Assembly: GCF_009914755.1 (NCBI RefSeq)
Contig: NC_060937.1
DNA from: the human T2T-CHM13v2.0 reference genome, Homo sapiens
Direction: 5' to 3' (one strand)
DNA length: 64,000 nt
This document shows positions 13,893 through 26,010 of this stretch, piece by piece. The notes under the pieces are model-generated. The model had not been told where the DNA came from. It worked only from the letters and a program-made list of their open reading frames with translations, and searched no databases. Position 1 is the stretch's first letter; every line of letters begins with the position of its first letter. Both the position numbers and the translations under genes were made by a program.

Positions 13893-15899
13893 TGTAAACC
13901 ACAGACAAAATCCTAAGCTTCCCAGCCGACTGAATGGATCACCCCTTGGCCAACGGACTCCAGAGAAACCTGAAAAACTATATTCCTGGCAATGATGGGA
14001 AGGGGTTCATACACCCCTTGTTATATTCCCTTCCCGCATTAAGGTTAAAGTAAAAGATCAAAAGACTGACAAAGCAGACTCTTTATAGCAATAAGATACC
14101 AAATAATAAACAAGATCTAAGGACATGAAAGGCAATGGTTAAGTCTGTTGTGGGAAGTCAGGGACCCCGAATGGAGGGACTGGCTGGAGCTGCAGCAGAG
14201 GAACATAAATTGTGAAGATTTCATGGACATTTATCACTTCCTTAATAATACTCTTATAATTTCTTATGCCTGTCTTACTTTAATGTCTTAATCCTGTTAT
14301 CTTCGTAAGCTGAGGATGTACATCACCTCAGGACCACTATAATTGTGTTAACTGTATAAATTGATTGTATGTGTGTTTGAACAATATGAAATCAGTGTAC
14401 CTTGAAAAAGAACAGAATAACAGTGATTTTAGGGAAGAAGGGAAGATAACCATAAGGTCTGACTGCCTGTGGGGTTGGGCAAAAAGAGCCATATTTTTCA
14501 TCTTGCAGAGAGCCTATAAATGGACATGCAAGTAGGAGAGATATTGCTAAATTCTTTTCCTAGCAAGGAATATTAATATTAAGACCCTGGGAAAAGAATT
14601 GCAATCCTGGGGGGCGGTCTATAAATGGGCGCTCTGGGAGTGCCTGTCTTATGTGGTTGAGATAAGGAATGAAATATGCCCTGGTCTCCTGCAGTACCCT
14701 CAGGCTTACTAGGATTGGGAAATTCCAGCCTGGTAAACTTTTGATCAGACTGGTTCTCTGCTCTCGAACCCTGTTTTCTGTTAAGATGTTTATCAAGACA
14801 ATACGTGCACCGCTGAACATAGACCCTTATCAGGAGTTTCTGATTTTGCCCTGGTCCTGTTTCCTCAGAAGCATATGATCTTTGTTCTCCTTTTTGCCCT
14901 TTGAAGCATGTGATCTTGTGACCTACTCCCTGTTCTTGCACCCCCTCCCCTTTTGAAATCCATAATAAAACTCACTGGTTTGGGGGCTCAGGTGGGCATC
15001 ATGGTCCTACCAGTATGTGATGTCACCCCAGCTGGCCCAGCTGTAAAATTCCTCTCTTTGTACTCTTTCTCTTTATTTCTTAGCCAGCCGACTGACACTT
15101 ATGGAAAATAGAAAGAACCTATTTTGAAATATTGGGGGCAGGTTCCCCCAATGTAAGTTGTACCCTATAAACCATAAAATCTCATTAAATAGGTGTTTTA
15201 TTAATCTTGTATAATGTGGGTTACTTCAGTCTTGACCCTTGTATAGCATCACATGACATGACAGATAGCAGACCCTGAATAAAAAGTGTTTTATCCCCAA
15301 ATATGTTTCTTTGTCACCATTAAAATGAGCCTGCATAGCCATGTTTTCTGGGAGAAATTTGCATCTGTGGAGAATCTCCAATAATTCAGCCAGGCCTCCC
15401 CTATTTAGATCTTTCCTAAATCTAGGAGAGTGTGACACCTTAGGAAACCTGAAAAGAGATATTTACCATCTATTCTTTCTAAGGGTTGTAAAAGTTACCT
15501 CTGAGGTTTCATCTACATATCATGGGCCTTGGCCTCTACAACCCCCTTATTTTCACTGGAGCATTCCTTTCTACTGACTTCACGTCTTTAGACAGTAGCT
15601 TAACTCTCTCAACCAATTGTCAGCTAAAGAATCCCTAAAATCGACCTATGACTTGTAAGTCCCAGCTTTCTACATCCCACCTTTTCAGGCCAAACCAATG
15701 TGTACTTTCCACGTGTTGATTTGTCTTTGACTATAACTCTTGTCTCCCTAAAACATATAAAACCGAACTGTAACCTGACTGCCTTGGAATCATTTACTCA
15801 AGGCTTCCTGAATTTGTGTTTTCTCTGGGCTGTGGTCACTCATATTGGCTCAGAATAAACCTCTAAAATATTTCACAAAGTTTGGTTTTTCCATTAACA
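13893..15899 (+). mobile_element. MER4-family ERV1 solo LTR (MER4B/D/E-like), interrupted by MER11
   Basis: Runs tgtaaaccacagacaaaatcctaag...catattggctcagaataaacctc...ccattaaca. 4-bp TSD cagc/caac. Confidence 0.85.
14146..15153 (+). mobile_element. MER11 solo LTR (ERVK, HML-8)
   Basis: Runs tgttgtgggaagtcagggaccccgaatggagggactggc...gggggcaggttcccccaatg. 6-bp TSD taagtc/taagtt, the length typical of ERVK. Confidence 0.92.
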
Positions 15900-16157
15900 C
15901 AACAATAACTAATAATAAGCTAGAAAAAGTATAATACTAAGGGTTATGTGAATATAGTGTCTCTCTCTCAACATATTTTGTGATGTAACTGAAGCCATAG
16001 AAAGCAAAACTGCAGACAAGGGAGGAATGTTGTATCTTTACAAGCTGAAATATCAACTGAAAATATAGAAAAATAAGTACATTTTTAGACACTTATTAAA
16101 ACACAGATTTATCATATGTAAAAATATATTTACATGTATTTATATGTATATAAATTC

Positions 16158-16401
16158 TCAAGTAATTTCTTCAGAAAATATATAGGTGTATATATATATG
16201 TGTGTATATATATTTATATTTATATATCCTATATATACAAATCAGGTAATTTCTTCAGAAAAAAATTGTATATAATATGTGTATATGTAGGTATCAGGTA
16301 ATTTCTTCAGAAAAATATATAGTTATATATATATATACTATATATGTAAGAAATATATCCTTTATATTTTCATATGTACATAAAGTAATTTCTTTAGAAA
16401 A
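16158..16401 (+). repeat. Four copies of a 21-bp motif (tcaggtaatttcttcagaaaa) separated by TA-rich spacers
   Basis: Copies start at 16158, 16242, 16294 and 16381. Confidence 0.85.
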
Positions 16402-17127
16402 AGTATTGATAGATAAAAAGATAGAGAGATAGATAGATCTTTTCTGAATAAAATACTTGATAATGTATCCCAGTAAAATGAGAGTGAAAATCTAGATGGG
16501 CCTTCAGCTTAAAAGATAGTTGATTTGGCTCAAAGTCAAAATAAATCAAAGGGAAATATCTATCTCTAATTAGGAGGTGACCAGTCATAGGAGGTCAAAA
16601 TTTCCACTAACAGCCATTTGAAAAATGAGATACATGTGTAAAAATCATAATTTTAAAGGCATCATGTTTCTGTGGATGTAACAACAACAACAAAAACATA
16701 CAGAATAAGTATTCCAGAAAGAGTAAAAAGAAGTAAGGTGAGCTTATAGCAGGTATCTCCACCCTGCCCCCTTTTTCGCCTTTGAGATCATTTGTTTGAG
16801 TTAAAGGTGAAGAATAAGATCCCTAGATATTAATGGCAACTTGGAACATCTGTCCAATAATCCCCAAAATATTTAGATGGTTCCCTTTCCCCAGCACACA
16901 TTTTCTGAGTAAATGGTCTGGTAGAGTCTCTTGGTGGAAGGATTGGATAAATCACTATCACACACACTTGCTATTGTGATGCAGGGACTTTAGTGCCTAG
17001 AGATTGAGGATCCAACCTCTCTTTAGATAGTTCTATTTTTTCTTATAAAAGCTGATTCAAGTCAATGATTTGGCTTGAGTAATCACTTCTCAACCTATCA
17101 ATTATTTTATTTATTTATTTGCTATGC

Positions 17128-17485
17128 TGCTATGGTCTGAGTGTGGCACCCCAAAATTTGTATGTTGAAGCTTAATCACCAGTGTGTTAGTATTAAGAGG
17201 TGGGGTCTTTAGGAGGCAATTAAATCATGAGGGCAGAGCCCTTATGAATGGGATTAGTTACTTATAAAGAGGTGCAAGGGAGCTGTTTGTCTTTTCTGCC
17301 ATGTCAGAATGCAGCAACAAGGTACCATCTATGGAGTAGTGGGTGAGGCTTCACCAAATATCAAATATGCTGGCACCTTGATCTTGGGGTTCCCATCCTC
17401 CAGAACTGTGAGAAATAAATTTCTATTATTTATAAATTACCTAGTCTAAGGCATTTTGTTACAGCTTCAGGAATGGACTAAGACA
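17128..17485 (+). mobile_element. MaLR LTR (MLT1A0/MSTD-like)
   Basis: Runs tgctatggtctga...cctccagaactgtgagaaataaatttct...ggactaagaca. Full-length, ~360 bp. Confidence 0.88.
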
Positions 17486-17499
17486 CACACTATTGTTGG

Positions 17500-19350
17500 G
17501 TAGCCATCTGTATTCCCAATTATGTTGCAATAACCATTCCCTTAAAATTCTTCAGGTCAAGTGTTTCTGGCCACAGTTACAATGCCGTTATTCATTATGG
17601 TAATGGGTTGCTTCTGACAATTAAGCTCTGCTGTGTAGACCTCTATTATTTTGTAATTCTCTATTTCTTTTGCTAGTGGTGAGCCTAATACTACATCATC
17701 CTACCATCCATGGAGTCATCTACATAGAAAACAGGCACCACTGTAGGTCTCAGTGATGCTTATACCCTTCTTGCCAGAGCATTTCTCGTCACTTTTATGA
17801 ATAGACTAATTTTAATGTCCTCAAATGGAATGCAGTTATCTGGTGAGCTCTCTAATTTCACTAATCTAGCATGTCAACTTCCCTGAGTTTTCTTAATCCC
17901 TTCTACCACCATATACCATGGCTGTTCTATTTCTGCTTCACCTAATGTGGAACATTGCTTTCTCCAAGATTCCAAGAGCCACTCTCACAGTATGGTAGCA
18001 CTAAATTCACAAGTCCTTGTCAAAAAATTAGTGCTATAACATGGGAAATTTTTTACTAATGATAAACATTCACTTATTACCCCATGTTCCAAGCATTTGA
18101 TCAAGCACCTTCAGACCCAGTGCTTTGTATAGTCCCTGGGCTTCCGCTGTTACATGGTGGTTAGGTCTTGAAAGTCATCCAGGATACATTGACTTTCACT
18201 TTTCTTTTTTTATAGATGTGAAGTGATACTATGTGATCTGGCTTGAGTAATTATGTGACATAATTATAATGGTGGACAGGAAAGGAGATGGGTTTTACCT
18301 TGAAGAAAACACATGTTGTCTTGTAAGCCAGATTTTTACATCATCTTCAAGCTCGTAGGGGAGTACAAGCTATTAGGAAAATGAACCTCTTCTGTAGGCA
18401 CCACATTTACAATAAATCTGAGGATTCAATATTTTTATATGCACACATGCAAATGCCCACATCGCAGGGTCTCAATCCTTCTTAATGCCTACAAACTCAG
18501 GGTCTTGGCTCTTCCTGATCAGACCTGATTGCTTGGTGTTTGTCAAGACTGAGAATTCACATTTCTTCAGACCTCTTAATTCATATACAAATGGTACTTG
18601 ACTCACATTGGGGTTACGCACCAATAAACCCATCATAAGTTGAAAATATAAGTTGAAATGCATTTAACACATTTAACCTATCAAACATCATGGCTTAGCC
18701 TAGACTACCTAAAATGTGCTCAGAACATTTATGTTAGCCTACAGTTGGGCAAAATCACCTAACATAAAGCCTATTTTATGAAAAAGTATTGATTAGCTCA
18801 TGTAATTTATCGAATACTGTACTGAAAGTGGAAAACAGAAGGTTGTAAGGGTACTCAAAATATTGTTTCTACTGAATGCTTATCACTTCCATACCATTGT
18901 AAAGTTGAAAACACTTAAATTGAACCACTATAAATTGGGGACTGTTTGTAATTAAATCCTAGGCTTGAATATCAGCTATTTTTTGCCCTCTAGCTGTAGG
19001 AAATGATAATCTCTTTCTGCTATCAAGAAGCTCTTCTCATTTTCACTCATAGCCTTTAATTGGTGATTAGTCATCCTTAACATTTCATTGTCTTTCTTCA
19101 ATAAATCACTTTTCTCTGGAAACTATTATCTAATCCCATGATTTTTATAATTAGAGTTTTTCTCTAAAAACTCTACATTTCTTTTATCCATTAGTGCATT
19201 TTTTTTTTCAACTGGTATTCCATTCCAGTGTTCCACAGAATAACGTTTTAGAAACTACTGCCACAAGCCAAGGATTATTATTGTTCCACCTACTACCAGT
19301 GCTTTCCTCTAATTGCCAGCCCACCACTGAGTGATCTAGCTCCAAATTCT
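17500..19350 (-). mobile_element. Ancient ERVL internal region with a decayed gag remnant
   Basis: The minus strand from 17981 translates WLLESWRKQCSTLGEAEIEQPWYMVVEGIKK(frameshift)LREVDML. This resembles the recalled ERVL gag motif W...RWPT.SE.EMP.LPW..VEEGIQRLREIGML. It lies just downstream of LTR33. Boundaries approximate. Confidence 0.68.
18588..18948 (+). mobile_element. MER47A (Tigger-family MITE)
   Basis: Runs caaatggtacttgactcacattggggttacg...ggggactgtttg, with TA on both sides. Confidence 0.9.
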
Positions 19351-19389
19351 GGCTTTGCAGTTGTTTCTTCAGCTTACTTTTATTTTTTA

Positions 19390-19828
19390 CTTTTTAAGAT
19401 TTTGTTCCTTAAGAAATGAACACAGAGACAGACTCTGATACAAGAAGTTTTGGGAGGAGTTCTTCAAGGGTCAACAAATGTGAGTGAATGACTATAAGAA
19501 ATACAACACAATTGGGCACAGGAAGACAGTGAACTTCCACAGAGTCGATCAACAGCCTCAGCCAATTCCACAGGTATCTTTGTACCTGAGAAGTCTCTTC
19601 AGAGATACACCAAATGGAGGCAAGCCAAGACCTTTATATTTTCACAACAAATAGTCATTAGATGCGGGCTGCATCCAAGAAGGGCACACTGCTTTAGAAG
19701 AGGTGACTCTATTCAGCAGAAGATGATTACTGGAGACAGATCCTGCTGAGAGCTGTTAGTCAACTGGGAATATGAAGGCCGTAGTCTGACAGGGAGATTC
19801 TGGGTGGGCCACCATCACATGAACGACA
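19390..19828 (-). mobile_element. LTR33-like ERVL LTR
   Basis: Contains gcctcagccaattccacagg, agtcattagatgcgggctgc and gggagattctgggtgggccacca, matching the reverse of recalled LTR33. Confidence 0.75.
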
Positions 19829-21577
19829 TATGTGTTTACACATATATATTTATATTTGTATGTAAAAGCCTAGAAACTTAAAAGCCCTAATGATAACCAC
19901 ATGTTTACTTTCAGAGAGGAAACCCAAAACTGTGGCAATCAGGAATCACAGGTACGTTTTTGCCTTATCTGTTTTATCACTTTTTTATAATGAGAATGTA
20001 TTAGTATGTCCCTATTATGTTAAAAAAATCCATAATTAAACAACTTTTTATTTGCAACATGTACATATTTTAAGAGGAATGTTCTAAATGAAGTAGGTTA
20101 TAAATTAAAATTAGTAAAATAAGTGAGTAAAACCTGGAAGATTTTATATATATTGCTAAAATAAAGTATATCTTTTTTTTCAGATTGAATAAACCACATA
20201 ATGACAAAGAAATAACAAAAAACATAACAGCAACTATTTTCATACAAAAAATTGTCACCCAAATTTGGCACAAGTGATTTTGGAAAACTGAATATGTTTT
20301 TATAAAACTGCCTTCCCTTAAGATATATTTCTCCATTAAATAACATAGAATTATTTTCATTGAATCCATGGAGGAATGGAGGTATGACTTTTGCATCTTC
20401 ATTGTCTTTTGCTGGAATTGTATTTAAATAATGTTCAAGTAATATATTGATTTTTAATTAGACATTTAGAATGCAGTAAAGGCAAAGTCAGAAGAGGTTA
20501 ATAAAAATATATACTTTATTGTTATTATTATTATATTATTACCATACCATTACAGTATTGTTATTGTTATTACATTATTGTAATTTTATTACATTATTAA
20601 TATTTTTATTTGGCCATCCAAAAGTACACATAGTGCCACTAACAAATTGTTAGTGGTAATAAAATGAATTTGGATTCAGCTTTTATTGTGTGGACATACT
20701 ATAACAATTTGACAGGATGAGAGACAGAGTTATAAGTATGTTAATCAAGCTTCAAAAATTACTTGAAGGATTAAAAAATAAAATTATGTGAAAAATCAGT
20801 AATTTGAATGTGTAATTGAGTTCAGTACTCATCTTGCATGGTATGTTACACAGCAGAATATTCAGGTTGATGGATCAAAAGATAGTGACTTAAACATGTT
20901 AGTTAAAATGCTAAGAAATCACAAGAGAAAACCCCTCTCAAATTTCCCAAAAAAGGTTAAAACCGATTATTGGGGAATGGGGCTGAGGATAATTAGGGCA
21001 AGTTAGGGCAAATGATTCTTGATTCTTATTGAAAAATCCTTCTGTCTATTTAATATTATTTACACAAGGCATACATTACTTCTAATAAAACAAATAAGTG
21101 GCACAAATTGAGGGGTATACCACAAATAATAAATTGTATCCATATAGTGAAGATTAAATTCAGTGGTGCTCTTAGAAAAAGTTTCCACTATCTCTGAAAC
21201 TTGGGGAAGCATTGCAAGATTTTGAGGCATTCGTTAAATACATTCATTTCATCCCTGATTTCACTTAAAATTCCCACCCATCCTTGACCCTCTTCCTTCA
21301 TTGTATAACTTAGTTCTTTTTCAAGTTATCTTATCATATTGTATCAATTCTGTATGATGACTTAACTACTTTCTGAATCAGGGTGTTGTAAACTTACATT
21401 TTTAACTGTGTTTACCTGGTTTTCCCCTTTGATATCAATAGTGCACTTTTCAGCGGGTAACCTATCTGCACAATCTGATAGGTAATCTTTTCTTTCTACA
21501 TTAATAGTCATTAAAGAAGATGTGAAGAATCACAATTTCTTGAGTAAATTGGAAAATACAGTCATTCTTAATATTCT

Positions 21578-21951
21578 TCTTCTTCTTTTTTTTTAACCTT
21601 AAGTTCTAGGGTACACGTGCAGAACGTGCAGGTTTGTTACATAGGCATACACGTGCCGTGGTGGTTTTCTGCACCCATCAACATGTCATCTACATTAGGT
21701 ATTTCTCCTAATGCTAGCCCTCCCCTAGTCCTCCACCCCAGACAAGCCCCAGTGTGTGATGTTCCCCTCCCTGTGTCCATGTGTCCTCATTGTTCAACTC
21801 CCACTTATGAGTGAGAAGATGAGGTGTTTGGTTTTCTGTTCCTGTTAGTTTGATGAGAATGATGGTTTCCAGCTTCATCCATGTCACTGCAAAGGACATG
21901 AACTCATCATTTTTTATGGCTGTATAGTATTCCATGGTGTATATGTGCCAT
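21578..21951 (-). mobile_element. 5'-truncated L1PA 3' end (L1PA7/8-like)
   Basis: T-tail, then aagttctagggtacacgtgcagaacgtgcagg. ORF2 C-terminus MEYYTAIKNDEFMSFAVTWMKLETIIL in ORF 21714..21935. Possible TSD atattct. Confidence 0.92.
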
Positions 21952-24900
21952 ATATTCTAAACATACTAGAAATACCCATTCCTATTACCATTTAACAGTT
22001 ACATAATATATTTTAAGAACATTGCACTCTCATTTCAGATTTTTTAAAAATAGACAATTTATTTCGAAAGGGATTTAAGTTTTGTATATAGTTGAAACAC
22101 TGCATTCAAAATGACATTTTATGGATGAAGAGGGTCAATAACTAGTACTCCACCATTAAACCACCACAGTCTTTTCAAAAACTCAATTCTTTGTTACAGA
22201 AAGAAAGTAATTAAACTTAAATATGCATGTTCAACTGAGGTTAACACATAGCGCTTCTTATTCTGGCTTTTGCAAGTATCCAAGACATCCTGGGTGGCAG
22301 AGTGAGGGCTGCCACACCAAAGGACCTGGTAATAAGAAATTACTGAAAAGAGTATAATGACATATTTTGAACAGATTGTTTTGGATTGTAGTTGTTCTAC
22401 AATATTTTAATCATAATTTTATAATATTTTAAAATATTTTTCTTCATATGAAAGTATACAGAATCTTTTCATTTTTATGCAAGTTGTTCTACTATTATTT
22501 CTATACAAAGGCTTGGATTAATATATTTATCTACTAAAGTAAGTAGATAACTAAACCCTTTTGATTGCACAGAATTATAATAATACCAGTATTGTTTCTT
22601 TAATACTGTCTTACAAATCACATATATCTACTTGTCTGAAGAAAGGCTGCTGAACCATTTTAGACAATGGTTACACTAAACCTGATTCTCCTTCACTAAT
22701 TGTGCTTTAATGATAATTTTGCATTTTGAGGATAACTGTATTTAAATATTCAGAGAACAGATTATTAAATTTTTTTGCTGAATGACGCATACAGAAACAT
22801 TAATTAGAACAAGAAAGACAGAGTTGCAATTTTCCAAAATAGTAACTGTGCCAGGTGAACTCAAGACATGTTTCTGCCAACTGAAAACTTTTATATAGAA
22901 ACCGGCAAATAATACATGTAATAATGATTAATGGTTTTCTTCTGAATATTTAAAAATGAATTGCTTACTACAAGTCAGGACTGCGGGTTCTCATTCGAAG
23001 TTCTGCCACTCATGATTTTACTGAAATATTTCAGTATTTTCACTTACTTTTATTTTAATTCTTTTCTCAAAGTATAACCTGGGAATTATAATTGAAAATA
23101 TACAAATAAATAAACTGGGTAAAGTAACAAAATGAAAAATATACCCTCTATTAAGATGTTCTGACTGAAACATTGTTTGTGAAAGATTCACATTTAATAT
23201 TAATTTGATCCAATAACACCAACCACTGTAAATAGTACGTCATACCATCAAGGAATTTAAACTAAATAGGAAACAATCTTAGGTCATGCTTTCTATAGTT
23301 ATTTTCCCCTTTTAAGAGAATAACTAATTAAAATATGTCATGAGTTCCAAAATTTCAATTCTGAATTCTTAATAACAGAAACATAGAGACCTATAGCTGC
23401 TTACTTAAGTATACAGAGGAAAAAAATCCACATTTTAAAACTCTGAAACAGAAAATTAAGATACTAATAGTTTTCTGATTATTTCAAATGTTATATTTTA
23501 CTTAAAGTCTAATCTAATCTCTTTTACAACAGCAATTGCTATCATGTCAATTCAAATGACAGTATACCCCTCACTGGAGCTCAATAGTTTTCTGTTAACA
23601 ATTAAGGAACACTCTCGCCATCCTGTCTTCTCAGTTTGCTCAGTTGCATTTTTTGAGCCTTTACCAATGTGCAGTGCCACTATGCCTGGTTATTGTGTCT
23701 GTGCTCATGACATTTCCAAGCAAAGACTTTCAAAGATCATTTCTCCCAACACAAACATCTTTAGAAAGATGGGAGGTTTACTTAAGATCACACTGCCCCT
23801 TGTTCAATCTTTGCTAATGCTGCAGCATTTGGAAGTCTTCCTGAAAATAAATTGTCTGATGTTTTTCCACAGTATGCAGAAAGTACCGTACCTGAAAGAT
23901 TTGTACTAGTCAACTCAGCACATAAAATTCCTTTTCTGGCACCAAACTAAGCTCCAAGGAAATAAAATGATCTGCCCTCTTTACAGTGCCTTGCACATAT
24001 CGATGTTCATTAACTATTTGGAGCTAGAGGAATTTTTATTTCCTATCCATATTGCAGTAGTAATGCCCCTGCCATTGAATATTGGTTTCATCCAATTTTT
24101 CACTGTAATTCTCAAGGCCATTAAAAATACCACCTACCAAGTCACAATGTAGCTGTGGATTTGCACTAAATTCCGTATCTCTACTTCATTTGTCAGATGC
24201 TGAACTATTCCAGCAGGAACAGATTCTTTGTGGCATCTTATAGCAATTAAATTTGTAGTAGTTTTTTTGAAGGGTTGAAAGATCTAATTTTTCATTCATC
24301 TAATTGTTCTAGTTTTAGAGTTGTTCAACATCAGATAGTACACAAATAATTTGAGGCAATAAAAGAACAGTAAGTAGCTTAGCAACTATGTAGCTGAAAA
24401 AAAGCAGTTATAACTATTTATAGTCAATCCTAAATTTAAATTAAATTTGCAGAAATGCAAATGACAAGGATTTTCTGAGTTTAATTTAACCTTACTAACA
24501 GCCTAGGTGTTCACATATCATTTACGTGAAGAAAAACAAGGACCAGTGAAAAGAAAGCTGGGTATCTGAATCACAAAAATGAAACACAATATCTTTTTAT
24601 GTCAAAACAAATAGTCCTCTTTCAAATTATGATTTTTTCTTCTGTTTAGTTTTTGTTATTACCTACCCTGTCCCTTTCTTTTTTATTTAGCATTACACTA
24701 TAATTCTCGGATTTTTGTATCCTCATAGCCAGGAACACTACTTATCCAAACCAATAGCCTCATGATTTTCTCATCCTTTGGGGACAGTGAGAATATAAAA
24801 GACTCACATGAATCTATACTAAATATACTTCCGTAGCATGGACGTACTCATTTCCTTAGAATGGACAAACAGTCTTCAAAGGAGCATATACTAATTTATA

Positions 24901-25419
24901 GGAAAATATATTTGAGAGGTCACAGGAAGTCCTTTTTCTCACTAGTTTTCTGTTCTTTCACTCCTAATATCAATGTTGGCAGAAATTTTAAAAATTATTT
25001 TTTTCCAGGCAGAGTGTTCTGGGTTTAACAAAAATATGCATAGAAGCCATATGAAAATATTTTTGGTCAAGACTTCCATATGCAAGTGACACTAGTTCAG
25101 AATTTTTCCTAACTCCCTGGCAGGTACCCAAAATCAGATTAATTTAATAATTAAAAGCTTGAGAGTTTTGTTTATAAGAGTTTGGTTTATATTGTTTGGG
25201 TAGGGTGTGTCCAGATGGAAAGGAAAAAAATAAGTAAGTTATTGTCATTGAACAGGTAGGAAAGCTGGTAAGAGGAGAGAATATTACAGTGCCCCCCATA
25301 ACAGCTGACTTCCATGTTTTGCCAAGTCAACATTTCAAGTCAACATGTTTCTCTATGTATTCATTTAGCAAAGTTAGGGGCACCCCTATTATGTGTTGCT
25401 GTATACAATTCTAAACAAA

Positions 25420-26002
25420 AAATTTACATTTTATTATAGAAACACTTAAGAATATACAAAGTAGAATATTAAATATATACAAAGTAGAACTCTCACGTGC
25501 ACATCACTTAATTTAAGCATTCTCAATTCTTGCCCATCTTCTTTCCTCTGTATCCAAACTTGCTTCCCACACTCAACACCCCTATCTTATTTTGAATCAT
25601 ATCACAGCCATCAGGCTTTTTCATCTAAAATTATTTAAATCTATACCTTCAAATACAATAAATCGTACATACATATATACTAACTAGAAAACCATTATTA
25701 CATTTAAATACCGATTATCCAAAGTTTTCTAGATTGCCTTATGTTTTGAGAATTCCTTTATTTGAATTTCTATCCAAATAAAATCTCTACATTTAGATCA
25801 GTTGCTATGTCTACTAAGTCTTTTAATATGTAAGTTACCAGCATCCCTTTATTTATTTTTTTCTTGCACTTAATTTTTTGAAAAGCATTATGCTGTTTGT
25901 CCTGTAGTATTCCCCCAGAGTCTAGATAATGCTGATTTTCTCCTCATGGCATTGTTTAACATCCTCTTCTCTCCTCTGCATTTCCTGAAGTTGGTTGTTA
26001 GA
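25420..26002 (-). mobile_element. Old L1MC/L1ME 3' region; appears to resume at ~27660-27830
   Basis: Degenerate match to an L1MC4-like 3' end (ctgtttgtcctgtagtattcccc...gctgattttctcctcatgg...ttggttgttaga). Confidence 0.6.
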
Positions 26003-26010
26003 GATGGGAA

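Larger units (their letters stand above)
13731..16032. mobile_element. MER44A-like Tigger MITE split in two (13731-13892 and 15900-16032)
   Basis: Left part agtagtcccaccttatcc...cccagtggatgcctgaaac. Right part aacaataactaataataa...gcaaaactgcagacaagggaggaatgttg, followed by TA. The halves are contiguous in the recalled consensus. Confidence 0.82.

Noticed and set aside
14560-14941. ORFs of 69-120 aa
   Set aside because: Inside the MER11 LTR, non-coding.
16158-16401. CRISPR-like repeat-spacer appearance
   Set aside because: The context is primate DNA with no cas genes. Spacers are low-complexity TA runs of unequal length, so it is a minisatellite.
22260-22335. Possible small exon ending tg|gtaata
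   Set aside because: Splice signals are weak and nothing else supports it.
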